In this document: positions 7,863 to 18,127 of the stretch, piece by piece
How the letters are laid out: each line of letters opens with the position of its first letter
Numbering within the stretch: the stretch's first letter is position 1
The notes under the pieces: model-generated
Told to the model about the DNA's origin: nothing
Databases searched by the model: none
The model's input: the letters and a program-made list of their open reading frames with translations, nothing else
Source: Thermomicrobiales bacterium
GTDB taxonomy: Bacteria > Chloroflexota > Chloroflexia > Thermomicrobiales > UBA6265
NCBI GenBank assembly: GCA_030447415.1
Contig: JAUJOZ010000019.1
Location: forward strand, 9,929 to 73,928
Length of the DNA: 64,000 bases
Direction of reading: 5' to 3'
Translations under genes and position numbers: made by a program

Positions 7863-8969
7863 GCAGCCTCAGAGAAGTCTTGGACCGGTGCGTGCGGCGG
7901 CGGGGGCGGAGGTGCTGCGATGGCCCCACCCTCGCCCCGTGCGCCGACGATCTCCGGGGCCTGACCCGGACCGACCCCGACCCGCGGGTGCGTCGGCGGG
8001 CGCACGCCCTGCTGCTGGTCGCCGAGGGCGACCGTGGCCGCGGTCGCGCGCCTGTTCGAGACGGGGCCGAACCGCATCCGCGCTTGGCGGGCCCGGTTTC
8101 TGGCGGGCGGCCGCCGGGGCCTCGCCGACGAGCCGCGCTCCGGTCGCCCGCCCAAGCTGAACGCCGCGGCGCTGGCGTTCCTCGCGGAGGCGCTGGAGGC
8201 GAGCCCCAGGCGTACGGGCTGCCGGTCACGGTCTGGAGCATCCGCGACCTGCGCGGTGCTGGCGGCACGCCTGGGTGTCCAGGTCTGCACCGCGACCCGT
8301 GCACCGAGCGGTGCAGCGCTTGGGCTACCGGTACCGCCGCCCCCGCCACGACCTGCGGCACCGCCAGGACCAGGAGGCGGTCGCGGCGGCCGAGGAGGTC
8401 CTGGCGTGGCGGCGAAAAAGCGTTGGCGCCCCCGGCGAACTCCGCCTCGTTTACTTGGACAGTGCGAGGTCCACCGTCACCCCGCCTGGCGAAGGTGTGG
8501 CAGCGGCGGGGTGCCCGCTGAGGGTGCCGGCCGCCGGGGAGGACGGCAAGTTCGCCGTCTTCGGGGCGCTCGACTACGCCACCGGCCGGCTCGTCTGCCA
8601 GACCGCGGAGCACAAGGACGGCGCCGCCTTCGTCGCCTTCCTCGACCACCTGGCCGCGGCGTTCCCCGACGGGCCGCTGGTCGTGGTCCTGGACAACGTC
8701 GGCTACCACAAGGGGCGGCGCGCCAAGGACTGGTGGATGGCCCAGCAGGACCGGGTCCGCCCGCTGTGGCTGCCCGCCTACGCGCCTGAGCTGAACCTGA
8801 TCGAGCGCGTCTGGCGTCACCTCAAGGACAAGCTGAGCTGCCATCGCTGGTGGGCCGACCTGCCGGCGCGGGAGGTGGCCGCCGCCGCCCTCCTCTCGCG
8901 GACCGAGGCGCGCTTTCACCAGCCAGACCCGGGCGGCATCGCCCTGGTCCAGAACTTCTGTCAGGCTGC
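7863..8969 (+). mobile_element. IS630-family element, transposase with several frameshifts
   Basis: 23-bp imperfect terminal inverted repeats: GCAGCCTCAGAGAAGTCTTGGAC (7863-7885) and its partner at 8947-8969 (19/23 matched by eye). HTH part: RRAHALLLVAEGD / VARLFETGPNRIRAWRARF...SGRPPKL. DDE_3 part: VVVLDNVGYHKG...LPAYAPELNLIERVW. The pieces are spread over three frames. Confidence 0.75.
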
Positions 8970-9073
8970 TGAGACGCCCCCGTCCGGTGCCCCCGACGCG
9001 CCCGGAAGAAGCAGCTAGCCGACGGCCGGGGGCGCGCATGGAAAAGGGCTGCGCGATATAGCCCCACCGACGT

Positions 9074-9102
9074 TTGACGCCCGCCCGCGCACCGCCTAGA
9101 CT
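9074..9102 (+). promoter_or_regulatory. candidate sigma-70-type promoter TTGACG-17-TAGACT
   Basis: -35 TTGACG at 9074-9079, a 17-bp spacer, and -10 TAGACT at 9097-9102. This lies ~65 bp upstream of the TTG start at 9166, which has GGAAGGA 8 nt upstream. Confidence 0.3.
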
Positions 9103-9165
9103 CCCGGGCATTCACCCGGTCGCCCCGGGGACCACCCCACCACCCCACCGGAAGGACCATCTGCT

Positions 9166-10431
9166 TTGGCCTCGTCGAACGGTCACGCCGCCCTGGACGC
9201 CTCCGGGTTCGCCCGCGGCTTCGCCAGCCGCGCTGTCCACGCCGGCGAGCGCGCCGCCACACCAGACTTCACCCCGACCGTGACGCCGATCTATCCGGCG
9301 TCGGCCTTCGTCTACGAGGAGGCCGAAACGCTCGACGCCGTGTTTGGCAACGAGCGCCAGGGGTTCGTCTACACCCGCTACGGCAACCCGACGACACGCG
9401 CCCTGGAGCTTGCCGTCGCCTCGCTGGAAGGGACCGAGGATGCGGTCGCCTATGCCTCCGGCATGGCCGCCATCCACGCCGCGGTCCTACACGAGGTGGA
9501 GGCCGGCGCCCGCGTCGTCGCCGCGCGCGACTGCTACGGCGCCACTTACGCCGTCCTGTCGAAGGTCTTTCCTGCGCTGGGGGTCGAGACAACCTTTGTC
9601 GACATCCTCGACCTCGCCGGCCTCGAGGCGACGCTGGCGGCGACGAAGCCGCGTTTGGTCGCCTGCGAAACGATCTCCAACCCGCTGCTGCGCGTGCCGG
9701 ACTTGGCGGCGGTGAGCGAGCTGGCGCACCGCTACGGCGCTCGGGTGATGGTCGACAACACCTTCGCCTCGCCCTACCTCGTCAACCCGGCGCGATTCGG
9801 CGCCGACCTTGTCGTTCACTCCGCGACCAAGTACCTCGGCGGGCACGGCGACGTCACCGGCGGGGTGGTCGCGACCACACGTGAGCGCGCGTCGGCACTG
9901 CGAGAGCAGGTCAAGCTGACCGGCGCGATCCTCGGTCCGTTCGAGGCGTGGCTGGTGCTGCGCGGAATCAAGACACTGCCGCTGCGCGTCCGCCGCCAGA
10001 GCGAAAGCGCCGCCGCAATTGCCGCCTGGCTCCAAAGCCACCCGGCCATCGGCCGTGTCCACTACCCGAGCTCCGCCGACCTCGGTCCGGCCGCCCGCCT
10101 CTTCAACGGCGACCTGCGCGGCGGCATGGTGTCGTTCGACATCGCCGGCGCGGCGCAGCCCGGGATTTTCCGTTTCCTGGAAGCGCTCCGCCTCTGTGTC
10201 CCGGCCACCACGTTGGGGGACGTCTACAGCCTTGTCCTCTATCCCGCGATGTCGTCGCACCGGGCGCTAACGGCCGAGCAGCGGGCCGAGATTGGGATCG
10301 GCGAGGGGCTCGTCCGCTTGTCCGTCGGCATTGAGGACGTCGACGACATCACCGCCGATCTGGACCAGGCGCTTCAGGCTCTCCGGAGTCAACCGTCAGC
10401 GGCGGGCTTGACGGCCTCGACACAGGGATGA
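9166..10431 (+). CDS. Cys/Met-metabolism PLP-dependent enzyme (cystathionine gamma-synthase / methionine gamma-lyase family)
   Basis: 421 aa. Family motifs YTRYGNPT, ETISNPLL and HSATKYLGGHGD (PLP lysine). Confidence 0.85.
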   Translation: MASSNGHAALDASGFARGFASRAVHAGERAATPDFTPTVTPIYPASAFVYEEAETLDAVFGNERQGFVYTRYGNPTTRALELAVASLEGTEDAVAYASGMAAIHAAVLHEVEAGARVVAARDCYGATYAVLSKVFPALGVETTFVDILDLAGLEATLAATKPRLVACETISNPLLRVPDLAAVSELAHRYGARVMVDNTFASPYLVNPARFGADLVVHSATKYLGGHGDVTGGVVATTRERASALREQVKLTGAILGPFEAWLVLRGIKTLPLRVRRQSESAAAIAAWLQSHPAIGRVHYPSSADLGPAARLFNGDLRGGMVSFDIAGAAQPGIFRFLEALRLCVPATTLGDVYSLVLYPAMSSHRALTAEQRAEIGIGEGLVRLSVGIEDVDDITADLDQALQALRSQPSAAGLTASTQG

Positions 10432-10524
10432 TCAGACACGTCTGCCCACCCGTTCCCACGGCTGAAGGCCCAACGCCGTCGGTGGCAACCCACTAGTTCC
10501 ATACCTAGAAAGGACAACGCCTCT

Positions 10525-11709
10525 GTGGCCGTGACCATTGCAACCGATCCAAAGCTGGAGATGCTGCGCGAACAGCTACCGGCCGTCTCCTGCACTGCCT
10601 ACTTCAACGCCGGCTCCAACGGTCCTATGCCCCGGGCGGCGATCGACGAGTTGGTGAACGCCGCGCAGGCCGAGTGCGACATCGGGCGCATCGTGCCGGG
10701 GATCTACGAGAATAACCGGGTGCGAAACCGGCGGGTCGCGACGCTGATTGCCGCCATCTTCAACGCCGACCCGGCCGAGATCGCGCTCACCCATAGCACC
10801 TCCGAAGGGTTGAGCACCGCACTCAATGGGCTCGAATGGCGCCGCGGCGACGAGGTGGTCACCACCAACCTCGAGCACCCAGGACTAACCGCGCCGCTCT
10901 GCCTCCTGGCGCACCGCTACGGGGTGGTACTGCGCGTCGCAGATATCGGCCACGGCGGCGGCGATGTCGTGAGTGCCATCATGGCGCAGCTCTCGCCACG
11001 GACCCGAGTCGTGGCGCTCTCGCACCTGATGTGGTCGTCCGGAGCCGTGATTCGGCTGCGGGAGGTCGCGGACGTGGCGCACCAGCACGGTGCGCTGCTG
11101 ATCGTCGACGGCGCCCAAGCCGGCGGGCAGATCCCAATTGATCTGCACGGGCTGGATGTCGACGCCTACGCGATGGCAGGCCAAAAGTGGCTCTGCGGCC
11201 CCGAAGCGACGGGCGTGCTCTACGTGCGTCAGGATCGGTTGGCCGACATCGCCCCGACCTATCTCCGTTACGCTCAGCTCGATCTCAGTGGTTATCTCGT
11301 CCCGGCCGCGGGCGCCATGCGCTACGAGATCGGCGAGTTCTACAGCCCGGCGGTGCTCGCCCAGGAAGCGGCGCTCACCTGGCTTCGGGACGAGGTCGGT
11401 CTGGACTGGGCCTACACCCGGGTCGCGACCCTCGGTCGTCGCTGCTGGGACGGCTTGAGCGCGCTCCCCGGCGTTGCCGTCACCACACCGCGCGACCGCA
11501 TGGCCGGGCTCGTCTGCTTCACCGTCGAGGCGATGACGCCGCAGGACGTGACCGCCAGGCTCTACGAGCGGGGGATCACCATTCGCTACGTCGCCTACCC
11601 GCCGAACCCGCTCGTCGCCCGCGTCGCCAACGGCTGGTGGAACACCGAGGACGAGGTCGACGACCTCGTCACCGCCGTCGGGGAGATCACCGCGGAGGGC
11701 GCTCGATAG
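10525..11709 (+). CDS. class V aminotransferase-fold PLP enzyme (cysteine desulfurase / epimerase-like)
   Basis: 394 aa. LIVDGAQAGG and AMAGQKWLCGPEATGVLY (PLP-lysine motif of fold-type I, class V). Confidence 0.8.
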   Translation: MAVTIATDPKLEMLREQLPAVSCTAYFNAGSNGPMPRAAIDELVNAAQAECDIGRIVPGIYENNRVRNRRVATLIAAIFNADPAEIALTHSTSEGLSTALNGLEWRRGDEVVTTNLEHPGLTAPLCLLAHRYGVVLRVADIGHGGGDVVSAIMAQLSPRTRVVALSHLMWSSGAVIRLREVADVAHQHGALLIVDGAQAGGQIPIDLHGLDVDAYAMAGQKWLCGPEATGVLYVRQDRLADIAPTYLRYAQLDLSGYLVPAAGAMRYEIGEFYSPAVLAQEAALTWLRDEVGLDWAYTRVATLGRRCWDGLSALPGVAVTTPRDRMAGLVCFTVEAMTPQDVTARLYERGITIRYVAYPPNPLVARVANGWWNTEDEVDDLVTAVGEITAEGAR

Positions 11710-11768
11710 GGCCGGATTCTGCGCTCATCTGCTTCGCCCGCGGTCCCTTCGCGTCCCGTTCCTATTAG

Positions 11769-13376
11769 GTGAGGCCCATGCCCGGCGATCTGCTCCTCGT
11801 CAACGGCCGCGTCCAAACGATGGACCGGAACCGGTCCGAGGTCTCCGCGGTCGCCATCCGCGGAGGCAAGGTCGTCGCGGTCGGTTCTGACGCGGAGGCC
11901 CGGGCAGCTCTCCGGCCCGGGGTCGAGACGATCGACCTGCGGGGCCGGACGGCGACCCCAGGGTTGAACGACGCGCACGCCCACCCGATGGGCGTCGGGT
12001 TCGCACAGGCGGATCTCGGCCTTGGCACGCCGCCGAACCGCTCCATCGCCGACCTCGTCGCCCTGATCAGAGCCGAGGTGGCGCGGCAACGGCCCGGCGA
12101 CTGGATCATCGGCCGCGGCTACGACCAGGCGCGGCTGGCCGAGCAGCGCCACCCGACCCGCCATGACCTCGACGCGGTCTCACCGGATCACCCGGTGCTG
12201 CTCATCCGCGTGTGCCATCACATCGGCGTGGCGAACTCTCATGCCCTCGCGCTGGCCGGCATCACGGCGAGCACGCCCGATCCCGACGGCGGCGTCATTG
12301 ACCGCGACGAGCACGGGGAGCCGACCGGTGTCCTGCGAGAAACTGCTTACGGGTTGGTTCTCGCCGCCAAAGGGGAGCCGAGCGAGGCGCAGATCACCGA
12401 AGAGCTGGAGCGGGGCGGTCAGGCGTTTCTGGCCAGCGGCGTGACGAGCGTCACCGAGGCGGGGATTGCCCGACCTGAGGAGCTGCGCGCCTACCAGGCG
12501 CTCCACCGCGCTGGGCGGCTCCCCGTCCGCACCTACCTGATGATGATGCTCGACGAGACGTTGGAGCCGCTGGCGCAACTCGGCGTCGGCACCGGCTTCG
12601 GCGACCCGTGGCTTCGGATCGGCCCGGCGAAGCTGTTCGCCGACGGCAGCATCGGTGGACGGACCGCGCGGATGCGGCAACCCTACGTGGGCGAGCCTGA
12701 CAACCACGGTCTCTGGATGATGGAGCCGGACGACCTGAAGGCAAAGGTGCTGAGCGCCCATCGCGCCGGGTTTCAGGTTGGCATCCACGCCATCGGCGAC
12801 GCGGCGGTCGAGCTAGTCCTCGACGCCTACGAAGAAGCCATGCGCGCCGAGCCGCGACCCGACCCGCGTCACCGCATCGAGCACTGCTCGATCATCGACG
12901 AGGGGCTAATCGGCCGGATCGCCGCCCTGGGCGCGGTGCCAATCCCGGGGACGTCGTTTCTCTATCACGTTCGCGACGCCTACGTGCAGAATCTGGGCGA
13001 GGAGCGGCTGCGCTACGCCTACGCGATGCGCTCCTTCGCCGACCGGGGAATCGTCGCCGCGGCGAGCTCCGACGCCCCGGTCGTCTCCACCAGCGCGGTC
13101 GTCGGTCTCCAGACGATGGTCACGCGGCGGGACGCGCGCGACGTGGCGGTATCGCCGGAGGAGTCGGTGTCGCTGGACGAGGCGCTCCGCGCCTATACCG
13201 TCAACGGCGCCTACGCCTCATTCGAGGAGACGATCAAGGGGACCCTAGCCCCCGGCATGCTTGGTGACGTGACTGTCTTCGAGACCGACCTGCGCCAGGT
13301 CCCCCCGGAGGAGTTGTCCCAGGTTCGGGTCGACCTCACGATTGCCGAGGGCCGCGTCGTCCATGAGCGCGCCTGA
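11769..13376 (+). CDS. amidohydrolase family 3 (YtcJ-like metal-dependent hydrolase), paralog 1
   Basis: 535 aa. [10 protein letters not shown] metal-binding motif, HAIGD, EHCS, SSDAPV. The start may instead be the ATG at 11778. Confidence 0.8.
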   Translation: MRPMPGDLLLVNGRVQTMDRNRSEVSAVAIRGGKVVAVGSDAEARAALRPGVETIDLRGRTATPGLNDAHAHPMGVGFAQADLGLGTPPNRSIADLVALIRAEVARQRPGDWIIGRGYDQARLAEQRHPTRHDLDAVSPDHPVLLIRVCHHIGVANSHALALAGITASTPDPDGGVIDRDEHGEPTGVLRETAYGLVLAAKGEPSEAQITEELERGGQAFLASGVTSVTEAGIARPEELRAYQALHRAGRLPVRTYLMMMLDETLEPLAQLGVGTGFGDPWLRIGPAKLFADGSIGGRTARMRQPYVGEPDNHGLWMMEPDDLKAKVLSAHRAGFQVGIHAIGDAAVELVLDAYEEAMRAEPRPDPRHRIEHCSIIDEGLIGRIAALGAVPIPGTSFLYHVRDAYVQNLGEERLRYAYAMRSFADRGIVAAASSDAPVVSTSAVVGLQTMVTRRDARDVAVSPEESVSLDEALRAYTVNGAYASFEETIKGTLAPGMLGDVTVFETDLRQVPPEELSQVRVDLTIAEGRVVHERA

Positions 13377-13403
13377 TGCATCCTCAGGAGGGATCACTCT
13401 CCC

Positions 13404-15008
13404 ATGCCTGCCGATCTTGTCTTCCTCAACGGTCCGATCATTACAGTTGACGACGCGCACCCGACTGCCGAGGCGGTGGCGATCCAGAACGGCCATATCG
13501 TCCGCGTGGGCGACGCCGTGTCAGTCCGAGCGGAAGCGGGTCCCGGCAGCCGCGTCGTCGACCTCGCCGGCCGAACGCTCCTGCCCGGCTTCAACGACAA
13601 CCACACGCATCCGATGTCATTCGGCCAGGCGCTGACGACCATCGACGCCACGCCGGCCACGATTGGCACGCTGACCGGGATCCAGGCGGCCTTTCGGCGG
13701 GCGGCCGCTGAGACGCACGCGAGCGCCAACGGGGGTTGGCTGCTGGCGCGCGGCTACGACGACACCCGACTCGACATCCACCGCCACCCGACGCGCTACG
13801 AGCTCGACGACGCGACCGGGGGTCGACCTGCCCTCCTGGTTCGGACGTGTGGTCACCTTGCCGTCGCGAACTCCGCCGCCCTCGCACTCGCCGGCGTCGC
13901 CCGCGATACCCCCGATCCGACGGGCGGCCAGTTCGACCGAGACGAGCGCGGGGAGCCAGCTGGCGTCCTCAGGGAAACGGCCAAAGCGCTGGTCCAGGCC
14001 CACGTCCCACCGCCGACCCGCTCCCAGATCAAGGACTATCTGCGAGCCGCTGGACGGCGGTTCCTTGCCTACGGCATCACCAGCGTCGGCGAGGCCGCCA
14101 TCCGCACGTCGGACGAGCTCGCCGCCTACCAGGAGCTGGCGCGCGAGGGCGAGCTGCCGGTGCGCGTCTTCACGATGATGCTGATCGACGACACGCTGGA
14201 GCCGTTGTCACGCCTGGGGCTCCAAACCGGCTTCGGCGACGCCTGGCTGCGGATCGGTCCGGCGAAGCTGTTCCAGGACGGCTCCGGTGGGGGACGCACG
14301 GCGGCCATGACGACCGACTACCGTAACGACCCCGGAAATAGCGGCATCGCCATCTACGATCAGGACGGTCTCAACGACCGGTTCACCCGGGCCCACACGG
14401 CCGGATTCCAGTTGAGCGCACACGCCATTGGCGACCGGGCGATCACCATGGTTCTCGACGGCTACGAGGCGGCCCTTGCGAGCGAGCCGAGGCCGGATCC
14501 CCGTCCCCGGATCGAGCACGCCGGCCTATGCACGCCCGCGATCCTCGACCGAATGGAGCGGCTCGGCGTGGTGGCGGTGCCACAGCCCTCATTCGCCTAC
14601 TACCTCGGCGATTCCTACGTCGAGAACTTCACGCCGGCGCAGCTCTCCTGCTCCTACCCAGCCCGCGCCTGGTTCGATCGCGGCATCCTCGCCGCCGGCA
14701 GCTCGGACGTCCCGGTCGTCTCCTGCGACCCGTTCGTCGGCCTCCGGTCAGCCGTGACCCGTCTCACACAGGATGGTCAACGCATGGGACCGGAGCAGGC
14801 CGTGACGGTCGAGGAAGCGATCCGCATGTTCACCCTCAACGGCGCCTACGCATCCTTCGAGGAGGGGCTCAAAGGCTCGATCACCGAGGGGAAGCTGGCC
14901 GACCTGGTGGTGCTCGACCGCGACCCGCGGACTGTGCCGCCGGAAGACCTGCACACGCTGCACGCGGAGATGACTATCATTGATGGCCGCGTCGTCCACG
15001 AGCGCTAG
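13404..15008 (+). CDS. amidohydrolase family 3 (YtcJ-like), paralog 2
   Basis: 534 aa, colinear with the preceding gene (PGFNDNHTHP, HAIGD, EHAG, SSDVPV). GGAGGG lies upstream of the ATG. Confidence 0.8.
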   Translation: MPADLVFLNGPIITVDDAHPTAEAVAIQNGHIVRVGDAVSVRAEAGPGSRVVDLAGRTLLPGFNDNHTHPMSFGQALTTIDATPATIGTLTGIQAAFRRAAAETHASANGGWLLARGYDDTRLDIHRHPTRYELDDATGGRPALLVRTCGHLAVANSAALALAGVARDTPDPTGGQFDRDERGEPAGVLRETAKALVQAHVPPPTRSQIKDYLRAAGRRFLAYGITSVGEAAIRTSDELAAYQELAREGELPVRVFTMMLIDDTLEPLSRLGLQTGFGDAWLRIGPAKLFQDGSGGGRTAAMTTDYRNDPGNSGIAIYDQDGLNDRFTRAHTAGFQLSAHAIGDRAITMVLDGYEAALASEPRPDPRPRIEHAGLCTPAILDRMERLGVVAVPQPSFAYYLGDSYVENFTPAQLSCSYPARAWFDRGILAAGSSDVPVVSCDPFVGLRSAVTRLTQDGQRMGPEQAVTVEEAIRMFTLNGAYASFEEGLKGSITEGKLADLVVLDRDPRTVPPEDLHTLHAEMTIIDGRVVHER

Positions 15009-15155
15009 GCGCCCGGCATCGGTCGGAAACGGCCGCGGCGTGCGCGGTGCAATCCGGGACGAGGCGGTTGGCCCGTGGCCAAAGGGAGGGCAAGGGTCCC
15101 TCCCTCGGCAGGTCGCCGGACGGACAGCCCGCTGCCGGCGCGACGAGGGGACTGA

Positions 15156-15845
15156 ATGCTGGCTATCACTTACCTCGGCCACTCGGCCTTCCTGCTGGAG
15201 GCGGACGCGAAGACGGTCGTGGTAGACCCCTTCCTCACCGGCAACGCGACCGCTGCCCGTGCCGCCTCGGACATTAATCCGGGGACGATCCTGCTGACCC
15301 ACGCCCATAACGACCACGTCGGCGACACGGTAGACATCGCGAAGCGCACCGGGGCACAGGTTATCGCGACGTATGAGCTCGCCTCCTGGCTTCAGAGCCA
15401 GGGGGTCGACAACGCCACGACGGCCAATCACGGCGGTACGGTGGCGTTCGACGGCGGCACCGTCAAGCTCGTCCCCGCCTGGCACACCTCGTCCTATTTC
15501 GATGGTGAGGCCTTTGTCGCCCCCGGCGTCCCGGCCGGACTTGTCGTCCGCTTCGGCGGGGCGACCGTGTACTTTGCCGGCGATACCTGCCTCTTTGGCG
15601 ACATGCGCCTGATCGGCGAGGAGGGGCTTGACGTCGCCGTCTTACCGATTGGCGACCACTTCACGATGGGTCCGGCCGACGCGGCGCGGGCCGCCGGCTT
15701 CCTCGCGGCAAAGACCGTTATCCCCTGTCACTACAATACTTTTCCGCCGATCCGGCAGGACCCGCAGCAGTTCAAGCGCCTCGTCGAGGAACAAACGGAA
15801 GCCCGCTGCGTGGCGCTCGCGCCCGGCGAGGTCCACCAGGTCTAG
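15156..15845 (+). CDS. UPF0173-type metallo-beta-lactamase-fold hydrolase
   Basis: 229 aa. MLAITYLGHSAFLLE...DPFLTGN...THAHNDH matches the conserved UPF0173 N-terminus and the HxHxDH motif. Confidence 0.8.
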   Translation: MLAITYLGHSAFLLEADAKTVVVDPFLTGNATAARAASDINPGTILLTHAHNDHVGDTVDIAKRTGAQVIATYELASWLQSQGVDNATTANHGGTVAFDGGTVKLVPAWHTSSYFDGEAFVAPGVPAGLVVRFGGATVYFAGDTCLFGDMRLIGEEGLDVAVLPIGDHFTMGPADAARAAGFLAAKTVIPCHYNTFPPIRQDPQQFKRLVEEQTEARCVALAPGEVHQV

Positions 15846-16009
15846 CCGGTGGCGGGTCACGCTCGGCGTTGTCGCCTCGCTGGTTCACCAGCCCCTCCCT
15901 CAACCGAGGCGGCAAGTGAGGGGGCCCAATTCACCGCGCCCACGGTTGCGGCATCTACCGTCGTGGATCATGGGACGGCCGCCGAGGCTGGTATTCGGAC
16001 CCGTTCCGC

Positions 16010-16360
16010 ATGAACCCCTTCGACGAGGAGATGCGCCGCACGGCGTTCCAGAAGAAGGCGGTGAGCCGCCTGCCGGCGGCTGAAGTGTTGGACCTGGCGA
16101 TCGCCTTCTTTCGGGAACGAGGGTATCGCGCCGGGCGCACCGGTCGCCCGAATCAGGTCTTCGTCATGGGCCGGGCCGAGGGCGGGCTGCCCCGCGTCAC
16201 CGGCGAGGTTTTCGCTCGGGCGAACGTGGGCAAGCCCGGCACCACGCTCGTCACCATGGACGCCGTGGGGGAACGTCTTGGCCCGGCGATGGCCGAATTC
16301 CAGCGGGAACTGCGCGCGCGCCGCGCTACCGTGCCGACGGCACCGCGCGAAAGCGAGTAA
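16010..16360 (+). CDS. hypothetical protein
   Basis: 116-aa ORF with non-repetitive composition. No family recognised. Confidence 0.35.
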   Translation: MNPFDEEMRRTAFQKKAVSRLPAAEVLDLAIAFFRERGYRAGRTGRPNQVFVMGRAEGGLPRVTGEVFARANVGKPGTTLVTMDAVGERLGPAMAEFQRELRARRATVPTAPRESE

Positions 16361-16436
16361 GCTCGCCCGTTGTCGCGCCGCCTGGTCTCGTTCGTGCGCC
16401 ACCGCCGGCGACGGCCGAGGGTGAACAGGGGAATCG

Positions 16437-17030
16437 GTGAACCGAGCCAGGATTGGGTTAGCCGCCGCGGGATTGATCGTGTTGACGGCCTGCCAGTCCG
16501 GCATCGGGCCCGAGATCGAGCGGCCCCGCGCCACCGCTCGCGCCTACGAGCGCCAGGTCGCCGAGTTAGAGCGACAGCTTGCAGCTCGGGAGGCGCAGTT
16601 GACGGCGGTGGCGAGCCCCGCCGCGCCGACGGCCGTGCCGCCGTCGTTCGCCGAGCGGTGGCGGGTCAGGGTCGTCGGCCCCGTCGAGCGGCGGTCCCAG
16701 GTCGGGGTCCGTGACGGTCTCACCCCGCTGGCGGCGGCGGGCTCCTATCTCGTCGTCCCGGTCGAGGTCACCAATCTGACCGACGCCCCCGCCGCTTTCA
16801 ACCCGGGCCGTGAGTTAGTGCTCGCCGACGGTGAGGAGCGGACCTTCGATCTCGACCCGGCGGCCTCCGGCGCCGCGTACCTCCTTGACTTCGGCTACGA
16901 GGCGTCCTTCGCCCCCCGCCAGCCCGGCATCCCCTACGCTGACGTGCTCGTCTTCGACGTCCCGACTAACGCCGAAGACTTCGTCCTCCAGTCGACCGAC
17001 GAGTCGTTTTCCGTGCCGCTCGAGCGCTGA
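16437..17030 (+). CDS. lipoprotein with a DUF4352-like beta-sandwich C-terminal region
   Basis: Signal peptide with the lipobox LTAC, then a coiled segment. The C-terminal pattern (YLVVPVEVTNLTD...VLVFDVP) is typical of DUF4352 / telomeric-repeat-binding-like domains. Confidence 0.55.
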   Translation: MNRARIGLAAAGLIVLTACQSGIGPEIERPRATARAYERQVAELERQLAAREAQLTAVASPAAPTAVPPSFAERWRVRVVGPVERRSQVGVRDGLTPLAAAGSYLVVPVEVTNLTDAPAAFNPGRELVLADGEERTFDLDPAASGAAYLLDFGYEASFAPRQPGIPYADVLVFDVPTNAEDFVLQSTDESFSVPLER

Positions 17031-17208
17031 GGTCCGCGCTCGGTGCGGGCGCGAACGGGCCGGTCGAGCACCTCAAAGTGACGCGAGGTGTCGGCGGCTC
17101 GATTGTCCCTGCCGGCGCCTGTTCCTATACTGAGCGCAGCCGCGCGGTCGGTCGCACCGGCACCAACCGGGTTGGACGCCCGCAGACCACGGCGAGCCGT
17201 ACGCCCTC

Positions 17209-17284
17209 GCCCCAGTAGCTCAGGGGACAGAGCAGCCGCCTTCTAAGCGGCCGGTCGCAGGTTCGAATCCTGCCTGGGGTACCA
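17209..17284 (+). tRNA. tRNA-Arg (anticodon TCT), CCA encoded
   Basis: Cloverleaf read by hand. Acceptor GCCCCAG/CTGGGGT; D arm GCTC-AGGGGACA-GAGC; anticodon arm GCCGC-CTTCTAA-GCGGC; T arm GCAGG-TTCGAAT-CCTGC; discriminator A followed by CCA. Confidence 0.9.
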
Positions 17285-18127
17285 AGCTCGATTTGCCCCG
17301 CGCTGCTGCTCGTTTCCCGGGTTGTTAACCGCCGCCTTGCCACGTCGATGTCGGCTGCTATCGGCCGACATAGCCGGCGTCCCGGGCGATCTTTGCCCGA
17401 GCCCAACCCGAAACGCGGTGGCAGCATGACACCCTCCCGAGGACAAATCCCGCTCAACCCTCGGAGGGTGTTGCGGGCGGTGGTGGTCGACACTGGACAC
17501 CGAGAGGAAGCGTTCCTGGCGCACCACGGGGTGACGTGACGCAGTCGGAGGAGCATCAAACACGACCAGGACACCTTCCAGTCGCTGCGCCGCGTCCTCG
17601 GTGAGGCGGGATCCCTGCCGACGGCGACGCCCTGACGACCGAGCGTTCCTGGCCGGCCGGACGCCACCCCTCCGTCAGTCGCTCGGGCACACCGAGCTTG
17701 CAGCCGCACGTGGCATGGTGCATCTGTCCGGTGCTCGTGGCACGCGCATCGTCCCGGCGGCTCGTCGCCCCCGTGATAAGATGCGAAGAATCCTGCCGTG
17801 TGTACACGTCTCGCACCGCCGCGCGTTCATCCCCGATATCCCGGGAAGCGGACGGCAAATGCATAGAAGCGCGGTCGTGTCCATGGCCGCGCCCCGGCCT
17901 TGCCGGCTCCGGCGATGGCAGGCGGCCGGAGTCGCCCGCCAGGTTCATCCGTAAGGGCCTCAGCGCGACCATCCCGCCGCGCGAGCTGGCTCTAGCCCAT
18001 CGAGCGCATGACGGGTTCTAGGCGGCGGCGACGTCCGATTCTCCGAGGCGCCCAACGACCGAGGTACTGCCGGGCGATGCCCCAGCTCATGGGCAGGGGC
18101 GGCGCTTGAGGGAGGAGGAGGTAGCGG

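Noticed and set aside
17209-17284. tRNA-Arg as the attachment site of the integrative element or of another island.
   Set aside because: I found no second copy of the tRNA 3' segment (GGTTCGAATCCTGCCTGGGGTACCA) elsewhere in the window. The serine-recombinase element lies 8 kb away with IS elements in between.
17285-18127. The gap hosting RNase P RNA, tmRNA, SRP RNA or a riboswitch.
   Set aside because: None of the conserved core motifs I know for these RNAs (for example GAGGAAAGUCC for RNase P, or the tRNA-like ends of tmRNA) are present. Only generic hairpins were seen.
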